Shown: in pieces, positions 11,301 to 26,029 of the stretch
Layout of the letters: each line of letters opens with the position of its first letter
How positions within the stretch are numbered: position 1 is the first letter of the stretch
From: the human T2T-CHM13v2.0 reference genome, Homo sapiens
DNA: 64,000 nt
Reading direction: 5' to 3' (one strand)
Assembly (NCBI RefSeq): GCF_009914755.1
Contig: NC_060934.1
Program-made: the position numbers and the translations under genes
The notes under the pieces: model-generated
The model's database searches: none
What the model was told of the DNA's origin: nothing
Seen by the model: the letters and a program-made list of their open reading frames with translations, nothing else

Positions 11301-11905
11301 CCTTTTCTTGTGTTTTCTTTCCCCTATGAAAGTGACATTATTAAAGGAGCTCACTTTATAAGCATACACCTGTCCAAACCTCTAACTTTGTAGTAGTAAC
11401 AAAGTTCTTGTATCCTATCACAGTTGGCCATGCCCTCAAGTTTATTTTTATAATACCACTGCTGTGAACTGCCTTGGGTTGTGGGTGAAGGGCAGAGGAG
11501 GAGGAGAAAAAGAAAGAAATAGAGATGGATGGGAAGATTTGCACTAGAAAGCCAAGGTCTATGAATACCATTACCTGTAGGGAATGAAGAAACATGGTAA
11601 ATACTTAATTTGGGAGGGCAACATAACAATGTCTAAGTTTTAGAAAAAGAATACTGTTAGTAGATGACTAGAGAATGGCCAGAAATAGAAAGAAAAGGGA
11701 TTAGTTAGGAGGATAAGGTATGAAGTATGATGTGCTGAGAAACAGCTACACCAGTGGTTGTGAAAATAAACAAGAGGGGTCAGATTGGAGAAATATTCAC
11801 TGAGGACTCATTCACTGTGGGAGGTGATGATGTGGAAGTAAGATATCAAGACTGATGTTGATGCTTCTCTCTTAAGCAAAGTTGTGAATGTTGTGTTATT
11901 TCTGA

Positions 11906-12267
<362 letters not shown>

Positions 12268-13698
12268 GGATGCAGTTCTTGACATGATGAATGTGAGGTG
12301 TCTGTGAGGTGTTCAGGAGAATTGTAAAAATGTTTTCAGAGACAAATGCTTAACACTTAAGGAACCACTAGATTTAAAGAGAAGGGAGGGAAAAGGTAAG
12401 GGAAGAAAAGTCATTGAGTAAAAGCCAAAATGGTCAGAAAGGTAGGAGAAACTAAAGGAAGGGAAAGTATATTTACCTAGTATTTATTTTAAATCAAGTG
12501 CTACAAAGAACTTAACCCGGGTTATGCCATTTAATCCCCACAGTAAGCTTAAAAATGATTTTATTCCACTTTATACATGTGATTGGAAGATTTCAAAATA
12601 TTAACTGACATTTTCCTGCAATTTCTTTGTACCCACAGGCCTTTTCCCATGTGGCATCCATTGGCTCATAGAACAGATGTTACAAGAGAAAGTAGGAGAA
12701 ACGGACTTTTGATTTAAAAAGCCTAGACTTTTAATGTTCAAAAATAAATAGCTCTAGGAAATTTGAAAGGAGGGAGATTTGTGTCTCAGTGCTCTGGGAA
12801 ACAGAAAGGCCTGGGACCATGGTGTGTCCCAGGCTGATTGATGCGTCACAGGCAGCCTCACAGGATTCCTCATGTCCCAGCAAGGTAAAAGAGGAGAAGG
12901 ATTCAAGGCAAGAGTGGCATGGGAGTGAGGAAGATCTTTAAAAACCCGCTGAGCTTCTTACTGCCCTATAAAGCAATGTAGCAGTGGACTGCTTCTTATA
13001 CACTCAAGAAAGGCATGAGCTAGCTCAGACAGGGGTAAGCCTGAGGAGGCCTTGGGTTCAGGAATGAGAGATGGCTCCAAAGCAACCTTCATGGACTCAC
13101 AACAAAAGACCAGATGGGAATAGGCATCTCAGCAGATGTCAGTGTGGGAGGATCCTGACTAACCCAAGATGAGAAATCCTCAACCCAAACCTGAACTCTC
13201 TGAGTCCCTGAGAACAAAGAAGAGCCTTGTGGGGTGGTGGGGAAGCCCTGAAAAGATTAAGGTTGTCTATTTGCCTGCCAATAGAATGGGAGCTTAAAAT
13301 ATTGAAAAAAAAAAAAAAGGAAATTCTATTTTTTGCACTGTTAAATTTCCATTCAAAGATTTGTGTTGCAATCATCAGTAAAACTGCATCTAGGGGAGGC
13401 AGTTAAGTGGATTTCCAAAGGCCATGCAGCTGAGCAATGATGGAGCTTGTACATAAACTTAGGTCTTCCTGGGTCAAGAATCTTTGCTCATGTTGCTATT
13501 CCATTTGGATTGCACATTCCTGTTTTCTAGAGTCAAGGGGAAAGTGGTCAGCTGTGTCAGGCTTTTGGGTCTGGCCAGGAGGGTGTTCCTAATCTTCCCT
13601 GCTTCTGTTTTTCTGCAGTGCTAAGGGCAGATGACAGAGCAAATCAGGTGAAGATCTGACCCAAGTCTTCCTCTAGAAACTCCACATTGCTCCCATCT

Positions 13699-14119
13699 GG
13701 CTGTGGTTTGGATGTGTGTTGCCTCCAAATCTCATGTTGAAATGTGATCTTCAATGTTGGAGATGGGGTCTAGTGGGAGGTATTGAATCATAGGCGTGGA
13801 TCCCTCATGAATGGTTTAGTGCCATCCCCTTGTTGATGAGTGAGTTCTTGCTCAGCTCATTCATGTGAGATCTGTTTGTTTGAAAGAGTTTGGGACCTCT
13901 CCTTTCTCTCTCTTGCTTCCTCTCTTGCTGTGTGATATATTGAGCCTCCCTTCACCTTCTGCCATGACTGTAAGTTTCCTAAGACCTCACCAGAAGCTGA
14001 GCAGATGCTGGTGCCATGTCTGTACATCTTGCAGAACCATCAGCCAAATAAACCCTGATTTTAAAGAAATTACCCAGGCTCAAGTGTTTCTTTATAGCAA
14101 AGCGGAACAAAATAACACA
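13699..14119 (+). mobile_element. MaLR solo LTR (MSTA/MSTB-like)
   Basis: Runs TGGTTTGGATGTGTGTTGCCTCCAAATCTCATGTTGAAATG...TTCTTTATAGCA...AACACA; 5-bp TSD CATCT (13694-13698 and 14120-14124). Confidence 0.85.
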
Positions 14120-14365
14120 CATCTATTCTTTTAAGAAGTAGCAATCCAGTCACTACTTCTTCTGGCATATAAAGTGAAAATTTAGGGATGGATAAAAACA
14201 TAAGTTGAAGAAGGAAAGAAAGTACATTTTAAAAGTTTATATTTTAAAGCATTTTTTGTCATTGCCAAGTAAAAGAGGTCTGTTGAAATGGGGAAAGGAA
14301 AGGATTGAGGTCTTTTAAAAATAATTATTTAATAAAAATTTACTATATGCCAGGAGCTTAACATT

Positions 14366-14562
14366 AGTGCTACTGAAAGTGTGGCCCATGGACCAATGTG
14401 GTTAATATCACTTGGAAACTTGTTAGAAATTCTTGTCTATGAATTCTCAGGCTCCATTCCAGACCTACAGAATCAGAATCTCTTGAAATGGGGCCCAGAA
14501 ATATGTGTTTTAATAAGCTCCTCAATTGGCTATTATGCACGTTAAACTTGCTGAAGCGATGC
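14366..14562. mobile_element. MER5-like hAT-Charlie MITE
   Basis: CACTTGGAAACTTGTTAGAAAT...CCAGACCTACAGAATCAGAATCTC...GGGGCCCAGAAATATGTGTTTTAA, the MER5A hallmark. Confidence 0.75.
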
Positions 14563-15199
14563 TATAGAGATATGAAAAGCAATTGACCAGAGATGAGGAA
14601 ATGGATTACAGAGAATTATGGGTCCAGGTGAAGTTGGAAATTATAAGCACGCAAAGTAGCTCATCATCATGGCCACAGGATTCTCAATGTGAGCTCTTGG
14701 TAACAAGCTTGGGGATGGATGCTAAGAGAAGTGAGGGGTGTGTTAATCTAAGATTCATGAAATCAGCAGGACACGTGAGCAAAAGGTCAAGAAGAAGATG
14801 AAACTGAGGAGTTTGAGAAGAAACTGCTAAGAGAGTGTCCTTGATTTGATTAAACCACATTAACCACTTGGGCATAGGATGGCAATGATCCCAGGATGGA
14901 GGGAGGTGATGAGGAGCCTTATCCAAGGCTAAGAGACTTAAGGATACAATGATATCTAAGTGTCAATTTCCTGCAGTGAATAACAGGAGAGGTGGAGGTT
15001 GAGAGGATCAGGTAAAGATGTGATGGTACAAGTCATTATCTGAAGTGGGATGAAGGCGAGAAACTGTAGAAGTCTCTTGCATTCTTAATCACAATTGAAT
15101 TCATATTTTTTTCTGATTTCATAAAGAGACCTGGTCACTCCCAATATGGGAATGAATTACTAGAAAACCAGAAAGAGAATTCCATTTCTGTAATCTCTC

Positions 15200-15987
15200 T
15201 TTTTTTTTTTTTTATTTTTATGTTTTTTTTTTAATTATACTCTAAGTTTTAGGGTACATGTGCACATTGTGCAGGTTAGTTACATATGTATACATGTGCC
15301 ATGCTGGTGCGCTGCACCCACTAACGTGTCATCTAGCATTAGGTATATCTCCCAATGCTATCCCTCCCCCCTCCCCCGACCCCACCACAGTCCCCAGAGT
15401 GTGATATTCCCCTTCCTGTGTCCATGTGATCTCATTGTTCAATTCCCACCTATGAGTGAGAATATGCGGTGTTTGGTTTTTTGTTCTTGCGATAGTTTAC
15501 TGAGAATGATGGTTTCCAATTTCATCCATGTCCCTACAAAGGACATGAACTCATCATTTTTTATGGCTGCATAGTATTCCATGGTGTATATGTGCCACAT
15601 TTTCTTAATCCAGTCTATCATTGTTGGACATTTGGGTTGCTTCCAAGTCTTTGCTATTGTGAATAGTGCCGCAATAAACATACATGTGCATGTGTCTTTA
15701 TAGCAGCATGATTTATAGTCCTTTGGGTATATACCCAGTAATGGGATGGCTGGGTCAAATGGTATTTCTAGTTCTAGATCCCTGAGGAATCGCCACACTG
15801 ACTTCCACAATGGTTGAACTAGTTTACAGTCCCACCAACAGTGTAAAAGTGTTCCTATTTCTCCACATCCTCTCCAGCACCTGTTGTTTCCTGACTTTTT
15901 AATGATCGCCATTCTAACTGGCGTGAGATGGTATCTCATAGTGGTTTTGATTTGCCTTTCTCTGATGGCCAGTGACAGTGAGCATTT
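15200..15987 (-). mobile_element. 5'-truncated L1HS, pre-Ta subset (ACG/G)
   Basis: Reverse complement reads GCTAGATGAC-ACG-TTAGT (ACG at 15325-15327) and CCCTAAAACTTA-G (15242). ORF2 ends [26 protein letters not shown]. Poly(T) at 15200-15232. Confidence 0.82.
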
Positions 15988-16148
15988 ATTGGCATTATAC
16001 TTCTGTGTCCCACCTCCTGTGCCCCTGCCCATCTCAGATTCTACTATTTCCTGAAGGTGACTAAACCTACAATCCACTTCCCTCTCCCAACTTGCGAATT
16101 AAAGTGGAGTGTCAGGATCTGCACACAAACCTCACTTCTCCATGAGTC

Positions 16149-16170
16149 GTGTGTGGTGTGTGTGTGTGTG
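16149..16170. repeat. Imperfect (TG)n microsatellite
   Basis: GTGTGTGGTGTGTGTGTGTGTG. Confidence 0.85.
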
Positions 16171-16784
16171 TTTAATTTTGCCTATCTAGAGAAATCACTT
16201 GACTTCTGTGTGTTGCATTAGGCCACTGCTGTTAACAACAGTGGTGTCATTCTGATGTGCTCCGTGAGGCAGTGGGAACTTTGAAGTTGAAAGATAGAAC
16301 AGACACGGATAAGTAGTACCCCGAGCAGGCTGCTATTGCACCATTATTGCCAGCAATTATTTCACCAAGTGACACATCAGATAAAAAGTCAGCCACCTTC
16401 CTCCAGGAAGCATCTTGGTAGCTACAACCAGATTTCTGTCTGATTTCTTTTTCTTAAATGGATAGAAGCTTGTTATCTCTCTCACTGGAGCCTTCTGCCT
16501 CCCTCTCCATTGTCTCCATTGCTGTAAGTAGAGTTGAGGTTTTAGATGCTGGCTTTATGGGACCTTGCTCAGGTTTGATGCTGACTCTTCCCTGGGATGA
16601 GCTATGTAGTAGCCTTTTCATTCGTCCTTTCCAGGTTTCCTTTTTGCTCAATTCCCCCCTCAGCCTGTCATTATCCTTGACAGTTTTCCTTTTCTGGTTT
16701 TGGGAATGCAGATTAGAAACTGAACAGCCATGTCTCAAGAAGACAGCGTTGGATGGGCTCTTATTTTGATCAACACACACAGCA

Positions 16785-16975
16785 GTATGTACAAGGCATT
16801 GTCTTAAGCATAACAACCACTATTAACTCACCCAATCTTCATAATAATGATGGTAGGTGCCATTATTATCAGCCCCATTTTTTTCAAGCAGGGAAACTGA
16901 GGAACAGGGGTGAAACAGAGGCTGCACAGCTAATGTTTAACACAACAGTATTCAAACAGGCAATTTGGCTGCAGA
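16785..16975 (-). mobile_element. MIR
   Basis: AATCTTCATAATAAT...GGTAGG...ATTATCAGCCCCATTTT...GGAAACTGAGGAACAG, reverse MIR core. Confidence 0.7.
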
Positions 16976-18354
16976 GATTACCTGGCTGCCTTCCTGGCTG
17001 TGTGTGCTTGTGGGAGGGATGTGGTCAGGCATCAGCAGTGGGAGTCAGAAGTGGGATAACTAGTTTCTGGTTAGAAAATCGCAACAAGGGAGAGGCTACA
17101 TGTACCCACTGATAAAGGGTTAGTTCCAGTGCCAGGGATGGAGTAAGGGCCCACATCTAAACCAGCCAATTCACTGAGAGATGCTAGTGGATGTGAGGGA
17201 TATGGAGTGAGGGTCAGGGTGGCATAGAGTGGGTTTGGGACCCAAGACAGAAGCTGGCAAGAGAGAGTTATTGGCACATATTCTTAGGGGTTGGCTGTCT
17301 AATTGTTGATTCTGTAGCCACAACTTGAATGTAGCTCAGCAAAAGGAGAACATTTTCTGAAATCCTTACCTCTCTGTCTCCAAATATAATGTCAGAGGAA
17401 CTACTTGTCTGGGTAGTCCATATATGTGTGCATTTTTCTTTTTTTCCCCCATAAAACATTATTTAGGTAAACTTTCAGCTTTAAGCAGACTATCGGGGCC
17501 TGAAAGTTCTGTCCATGCTTGATTTCCTGGAGTGACTTAAGGAGGGTGTGGTTTAATCAGATGGGGTGGCAATTACTAAGGCTGAGAACTTCACTCTCCT
17601 ATTCAGACCGGGACTGAGAAAGTGTGTCTTAGATGGCTTTTCGCCATACATGTGGCAGAATATTGTTACCTCTTCACCTCCTTTTCTCCTTTCCTCATTC
17701 CTACTGTTAGGAATTGGGCTTTGGTAAAACTGACTAAAGAGGTAGATTATCACCTAAAACATTTTAATTGTGTTGAAAATATAGTAAAGCAAAGGTTTGC
17801 CTTGTAGGTATTCCCAAATGTTGGTTAATTGTTGGATTTATACATGTGCCATAATTCCCACTAGTCCCTTTTTTTCTTTTTTCTTTTTTTTTTTTTTTTA
17901 GTTTTAACTTTTAAGCTTTTAAAAGTGAAGTCAACCAGAAGTTTAGGGTATATGGGAAAAAATTTTCGAACAATTCTCATGTAAACTTAAATTTTAAATC
18001 CTTCTTTGGAGTAAAATGGGTTCAGGCTTTTCACTGTTTTCAAGGTTATTTCTGAGTTGCAAAAGATCTCTCTCTGTTTTTCCCTGTATTCCTATATTCC
18101 TCCTGTATTCCTCATTCAATCATGGCAGCAGCAGTCCCATGACAGCAAGAAGATACTCTTTTCTTGCATCTGTAGTGGAAACCATAGCAGCAGGCAGTAA
18201 CTGTTTCATGTGTCAAATAGAGGCATTCCCATTAATTTATAATGTGGACTACAGAATTTAATTTTCACAAGCATTATTGAGAAACCAAAGCAAAAAACAA
18301 AAAATCATTAAGTTACAAGGATGTGGCAAATGTAAATTAAAGCTACATACTGAA

Positions 18355-18656
<302 letters not shown>

Positions 18657-19090
18657 CTACATACTGAAATCAAAGCAGACAAATCCATACATTGGTCCAC
18701 CAAAAAGTGAGCAGCCTAGGACTATAGAAAACTTTATATTACCCAAAGAGTTGGGGAAAGTCAGTTTATCATCAGTTTTGGCAGGGGTGGGAGTAGAGGG
18801 GAAATAACTTTCCAGTAAACAAAAAACATTGTCTGCACAGAGTTTAAAGGGAACGTGTGAAGGTTTCTGCCTACCCTATATCTACTCTTTCTTCTTATGG
18901 AACAGTCCTGTCATTTTCCTCTAGAAAATTGCCTCCTATATTTTCTGGCTATGTGTTCAAGGAGGTATAATACCCACCCCCAGATCCAGGGATGGGCACT
19001 TAATCCAAGCCAGGATAAGGAATATATACCCTTGGAAATTTCCTGGACTAATAATTAATAGGATGTTATAAGCCTGGAGCTGCCATTGCT

Positions 19091-19706
<616 letters not shown>

Positions 19707-19766
19707 CCAGGAGAGCTTGCTTGAGAATGAAGTCAGTGCAGAAGAAAGCAGGCTCTAGAAACAAAA

Positions 19767-21080
19767 CCATCTGATCTTTGACAAACCTGACAAAAACAAT
19801 AAACGGGGAAAGGATTCCCTATTTAATAAATGGTGCTGGGAAAACTGGCTAGCCATAGGTAGAAAACTGAAACTGGCTCCCTTCCCTACACCTTATACAA
19901 AAATTAATTCAAGATGGATTAAAGACTTAAATGTTAGACCTAAACCATAAAAACCCTAGAAGAAAACCTAGGCAATACCATTCAGGACATAGGCATGGGC
20001 AAGGACTTCATGATTAAAACACCAAAAGCAATGGCAACAAAAGCCAAAATAGATAGATGGGATCTCATTAAACTAAAGAGCTTCTGCACAGCAAAAGAAA
20101 CTACCATCAGAGTGAACAGGCAACCTACAGAATGCGAGAAAATTTTTGCAATCTACCCATCTGACAAAGGGCTAATATCCAGAATCTACAAAGAAGTTAA
20201 ACAAATTTACAAGAAAAAAACAACCCCATCAAAAAGTGGGCAAAGAATATGAACAGGCACTTCTTAAAAGAAGACATTTATGCAGCCAAAAGACACATGA
20301 GAAAATGCTCATCATCACTGGTCATCAGAGAAATGCAAATCAAAACCACAATGAGATACCATCTCACACCAGTTAGAATGGCGATCATTAAAATGTCAGG
20401 AAACAACAGATGCTGGAGAGGATGTGGAGAAATAGGAACGTTTTTACACTGTTGGGAGTGTAAAGTAGTTCAACCATTGTGGAAGACGGTGTGGCAATTC
20501 CTCAAGGATCTAGAACTAGAAATACCATTTGACCCAGTATCCCATTACTGGGTATATACCCAAAGGATTATAAATCATGCTGCTATAAAGACACATGCAC
20601 ATGTATGTTTATTGTGGCACTATTCACAATAGTAAAGACTTGGAACCAACCCAAATGTCCATCAATGATAGACTGGATTAAGAAAATGTGGCTCATATAC
20701 ACCATGGAATACTATGCAGCCATAAAAAAGGATGAGTTCATGTCCTTTGTAGGGACATGGATGAAGCTGGAAAACATCATTCTCAGCAAACTATCACAAG
20801 GACAGAAGGACAGAAAACCAAACATCGCATGTTCTCACTCATAGGTGGGAAGTGAACAATGAGAACATTTGGACACAGGGAGGGAAACATCACACCCCAG
20901 GGCCTGTCATGGGGAGGGGGGCAGGGGGAGGGATAACATTAGGAGAAATACCTAATGTAAATGACAAGTTAATGGGTGCAGCAAACCAACATGGCACATG
21001 TATACATATGTAACAAACCTGCATGTTGTACACATGTACCCTAGAACTTAAAGTATGATTAAAAAAAAAAAAGAAACAAA
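19767..21080 (+). mobile_element. 5'-truncated L1PA (about PA5-PA7) carrying a 3' transduction
   Basis: ORF2 3' fragments (ORFs at 19995-20844), 3'UTR, tail from 21061; its own poly(A) signal reads ATTAAA (21058-21063). Confidence 0.92.
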
Positions 21081-21095
21081 GAAAAACAGTCGACT

Positions 21096-22064
<969 letters not shown>

Positions 22065-22394
22065 CAGGAGAGCTTGCTTGAGAATGAAGTCAGTGCAGAA
22101 GAAAGCAGACTCTAGAAACAAAAAAAGACAACACGTGATGTAATTGAGCACAATGAGCTCGCCATGCTGGCCTAAAGCCATGATGCTGGACTTTTAGACA
22201 CATAAGCAAATAATACACCCTTTTTGTTTAAGGCAGTTTTAATTATATTTCCAACCTTTGCCACTGACTAATATAAAACTGCACTTACTCCCTTAAGCTC
22301 ATAAGACGTTTTATAACTGAGGGTATTTTTGTGTTTCTATATCAGCACCAGGAATATACATACAGAAGTACTGGGAAACAAATATTTAAAGCTC

Positions 22395-23000
22395 TAGGGC
22401 TGGGCAAACTTTTTCTTAAAGTGCCAAATAGTAAAATTTTAGGCTTTGTGGACCAAGAGGCAAAACTCAGGATACTATGTAGATACTTAAATAGCCATCT
22501 GCAATAGTTTGAATGATAGTGTCCCCTCCAAAATTCATGTTGAAATTTATTCCTAATGCAACAGTATTAAGAGATGTTGCACTTAGGGAGTGATTAAGTC
22601 CTGAATATTCTGGCCTCAGGAATGGAATTAACACCCTTATGAAACAGCTCAAGGCTGAAGGGAGAGCTCTCTTGTCCTTCCATACTTTCCATCATGCAAA
22701 AACACAACCTTCCTCCCCTCTGGAAATTTCAGCAAAAAGGCGCCATCTTGGAAGCAGAGAGCAGCCCTCACCAGATGCCAATCCTGCCGGTGCCTTGACC
22801 TTGGACTTCTCAACTTCCAGAAATGTGAGAAATAAATGTGTATTGTTTATAAATTACCCAATCTCATGTATGTTGTTAAAGTAGCACAGACGAACATAAC
22901 ACACTATTTTAAATGCAACAATTTTAAAAGGTAAAAACCATTCTTAACTCCCTTGCTATTAAAAAAAATCAGCCTCATGTATTTGACCTGCAGGCCCTGC
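22395..23000. mobile_element. MER58-like hAT-Charlie element split by an MST LTR
   Basis: TIR-like start AGGGCTGGGCAAACTTTTTCTTAAAG...TTTAGGCTTTGTGG; resumes after 22903 with TTTTAAAAGGTAAAAACCATTCTTAACTC. Confidence 0.55.
22500..22903 (+). mobile_element. MaLR solo LTR (MSTD/MSTC-like)
   Basis: TGCAATAGTTTGAATG...CCCTCCAAAATTCATGTTGAA...GGCGCCATCTTGGAAGCAGAGAGCAGCCCTCACCAGA...AACACA. Confidence 0.82.
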
Positions 23001-23820
23001 AAAAAAAATGGCTTATCTTACTTTGAACATTCTTTCTTTTTCTGTCTCTTAGAAGAAAGTATTTGCTCATTTCATTGTTATCCTTCAAGAATCAGCACAA
23101 ATATCTCCTTACAATGGCCGTTCCTGGGATTGCATATGTTGGGTCCTATGTTCTCTCTTCCATGCTTTACTTTTCTAGACTCATAACCTTTACTCAGTTC
23201 CTTCACTCATTTTGACATTTTAAAATTGTGAAACTTCAGGCATATAAAATGCTATAAAATACTAAACACTTGTGTATTATGTGTACAACTGAGCATAACA
23301 GTTAATACATGACCCATACATTTCAATTCTATTTTGTACCTTTCCTGAAACACATTTTTCTCTCTGTTAGACAGTTACTCTCCACCCGTGATTTGGTACC
23401 TATCCGTCTTTTCATATCATTATAATTGTATAGCATCTCCAGTTATTCCCATATGTGTGAGTGTAACGTTGTTATATGTTTAAAGCTTTATAAAAACATG
23501 TGAATTTTTCTAAAATTTACTTTTTTTTTTGCTTTTTCTTTTTTTCATCTTAGCATTGTATCTGTGAGAGTCATCAAAGTTGATTTATGTAACTACAATT
23601 CATTAACTTTTACTGCTCTATTGAAACGCATTTGATGAATACACCACACTCTGTCTATTCTGTTGACGAACATCAAGGCTGCTTCCAATTTTTGGCACAC
23701 ACAAATATGTGCTGCTCTGAAAGTATTTTGCCTGCCACCTTGTGCACATCTGGGAGAACTCCTCCGTAGTCATCACATATGCAGGGGCAGAATTGCTTGG
23801 TCGTAGGTGATGTACATCTT

Positions 23821-23976
23821 TCTTTTTTTTTTTTTTTTTTTTTTTTTTGTATTTTTTAGTAGAGACGAGGTTTCACCACGTTAGCCAGGATGATCTCCAT
23901 CTCCTGACCTCGTGATCCTCCCGCCTCGGCCTTCCAAGCCTGGGATTACAGGCTTGAGCCACCGCGCCCGACCGCC
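23821..23976 (-). mobile_element. AluY-type left monomer only, with long poly(A) and intact TSD
   Basis: 12-bp TSD GATGTACATCTT at 23809-23820 and 23977-23988; the left arm runs from the middle A-rich linker straight into the tail. Confidence 0.9.
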
Positions 23977-24291
23977 GATGTACATCTTAAAGTATGCTAT
24001 AGATTACTTTACTTCCGCCCCATAAGTGAACCCATTCCCCTTCTTCTCTGCAGTCTGTAAGAGTACTCATTGCTCCAAATCGTTACTAAAATATGGTATT
24101 GTTTAAAACTTTTAAGCTTTTAAGATTTTCAAGCATAAAAAAATAGAGAAACAACGTAATGGATCCTAAGTATCCATTACCCAGTTTCAAGAATTATCAT
24201 CTCGTAGTCAGTATTGTTTCATGTGTGCTGATATCCACTTCCCTTATCACATGTCATTTTTTAGCAAACCACAGGCATAAAAATCATTATC

Positions 24292-24585
<294 letters not shown>

Positions 24586-25554
24586 TCATTATCATTTAAT
24601 TTGTAAATATTGTATGGTATTACAGCTTTAAGACTTTTTTATTTAAAAAATGACCACAGTGCCAGTACCACACCTCAAAAAAAAATTTCTTACCAGCAAA
24701 TATCCAGTAGTGTCAGTATCATCATGAACATTTTTAATAGTTTTAATCAGTATCAAATAAAATTCACATATTGGAAATGATTAATGTCTCATGTATTCTT
24801 TTGGTCTGCAGATTCCTTTTCCTATTTTCTGTTTCCCCACTTCCTTTACTTGTTAAAGAAATTAAATGTTTTATCCTGTAGAATTTTCCACAGACTGGAT
24901 TTTGCTGATTGCATCTCCATGATGCTGTTTGATATGACCAGTAAGTTGCTAGTTAGGACTATAGGCTACAGGGTTGGTATCGTATTTTTCCATTGTAATG
25001 CCTGGTTATCTGATTCCTTGTGATTTTAGCAGTTGGTACTCAATCTCTACATTCGTAATTTGTTTCATGCTGCAAAATGTTTAATTCTAATTTTCTCACC
25101 CCTTCTCAACTAAATAGCTGGAATACTTCTATGAAGAGAAACTTTCCCTTCTACTGTTGAGTTACTTAGTAGTAGAGTTCATACAGTAAAGATGAAACAA
25201 AAATGATTTGTTTTATAATGTTTATCTGTTCTTGGAAAAAATGAGATGGTTTACAACCACTCTTCAATGATGACTAATAAATTTATTTTTTGTATTATTT
25301 AGAATTCAAAATAATAACGTATAAAAGCTCATGAATTTAAATATAATTGATGGGGTTCAATCCATCTCAGTTCTTGTTCTTTCTGATACTCAGATTTTTC
25401 TTCTTTGTCTGATGGAGCCTCCTTGAGTTGGACCTTGAGTCACTTTGACAGTTTTGATACCCTTCTTGTTATTTTCTGTGATAGGCTATTGCACGCTCAT
25501 CTTATATTTATCCTGGCCCAGGTCTGAAATTATCCACTTCTCCAGGGATCCTTG

Positions 25555-25588
<34 letters not shown>

Positions 25589-25608
25589 GTGTGTGTGCGT
25601 GTGTGTGT
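25555..25608. repeat. (TG)n microsatellite with CG interruptions
   Basis: About 27 dinucleotide units. Confidence 0.95.
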
Positions 25609-26029
25609 TTCAGTGGGAATGGCATTTGGCATTTATACTCTGGGCACTGCAAGTTGTTGATGAAATAATTTAATGCTTGTTAATCTGATAGGTATGTAAT
25701 AGTAGCTCACCGTGGTTTTAATTTACATTGCTTAGATAATTACTTAGGTTGAGTGTTTGTAGGAATATTCTGATCATGTCAGTTTCTGTTCCAAGTTGTC
25801 AATTCACATCTATCATTAATTTTATTCCATTGGATTGTTGTCTTTTTTATTGAGTGTTGAGGGTTCTTTAGATATTTTATATATCTGTTCTTTATTGGCT
25901 ATATTTGTTTCAAAAAATTGCTCCCAACCTGTGCCTTTTTTTACTGCTGCTATACTATCTTTTAATGAGAGAATTTCTTAATCTGAATGCAGTTAAGTGT
26001 ACTTTTATTTTGTGGGTTGTGCTTTTCCC

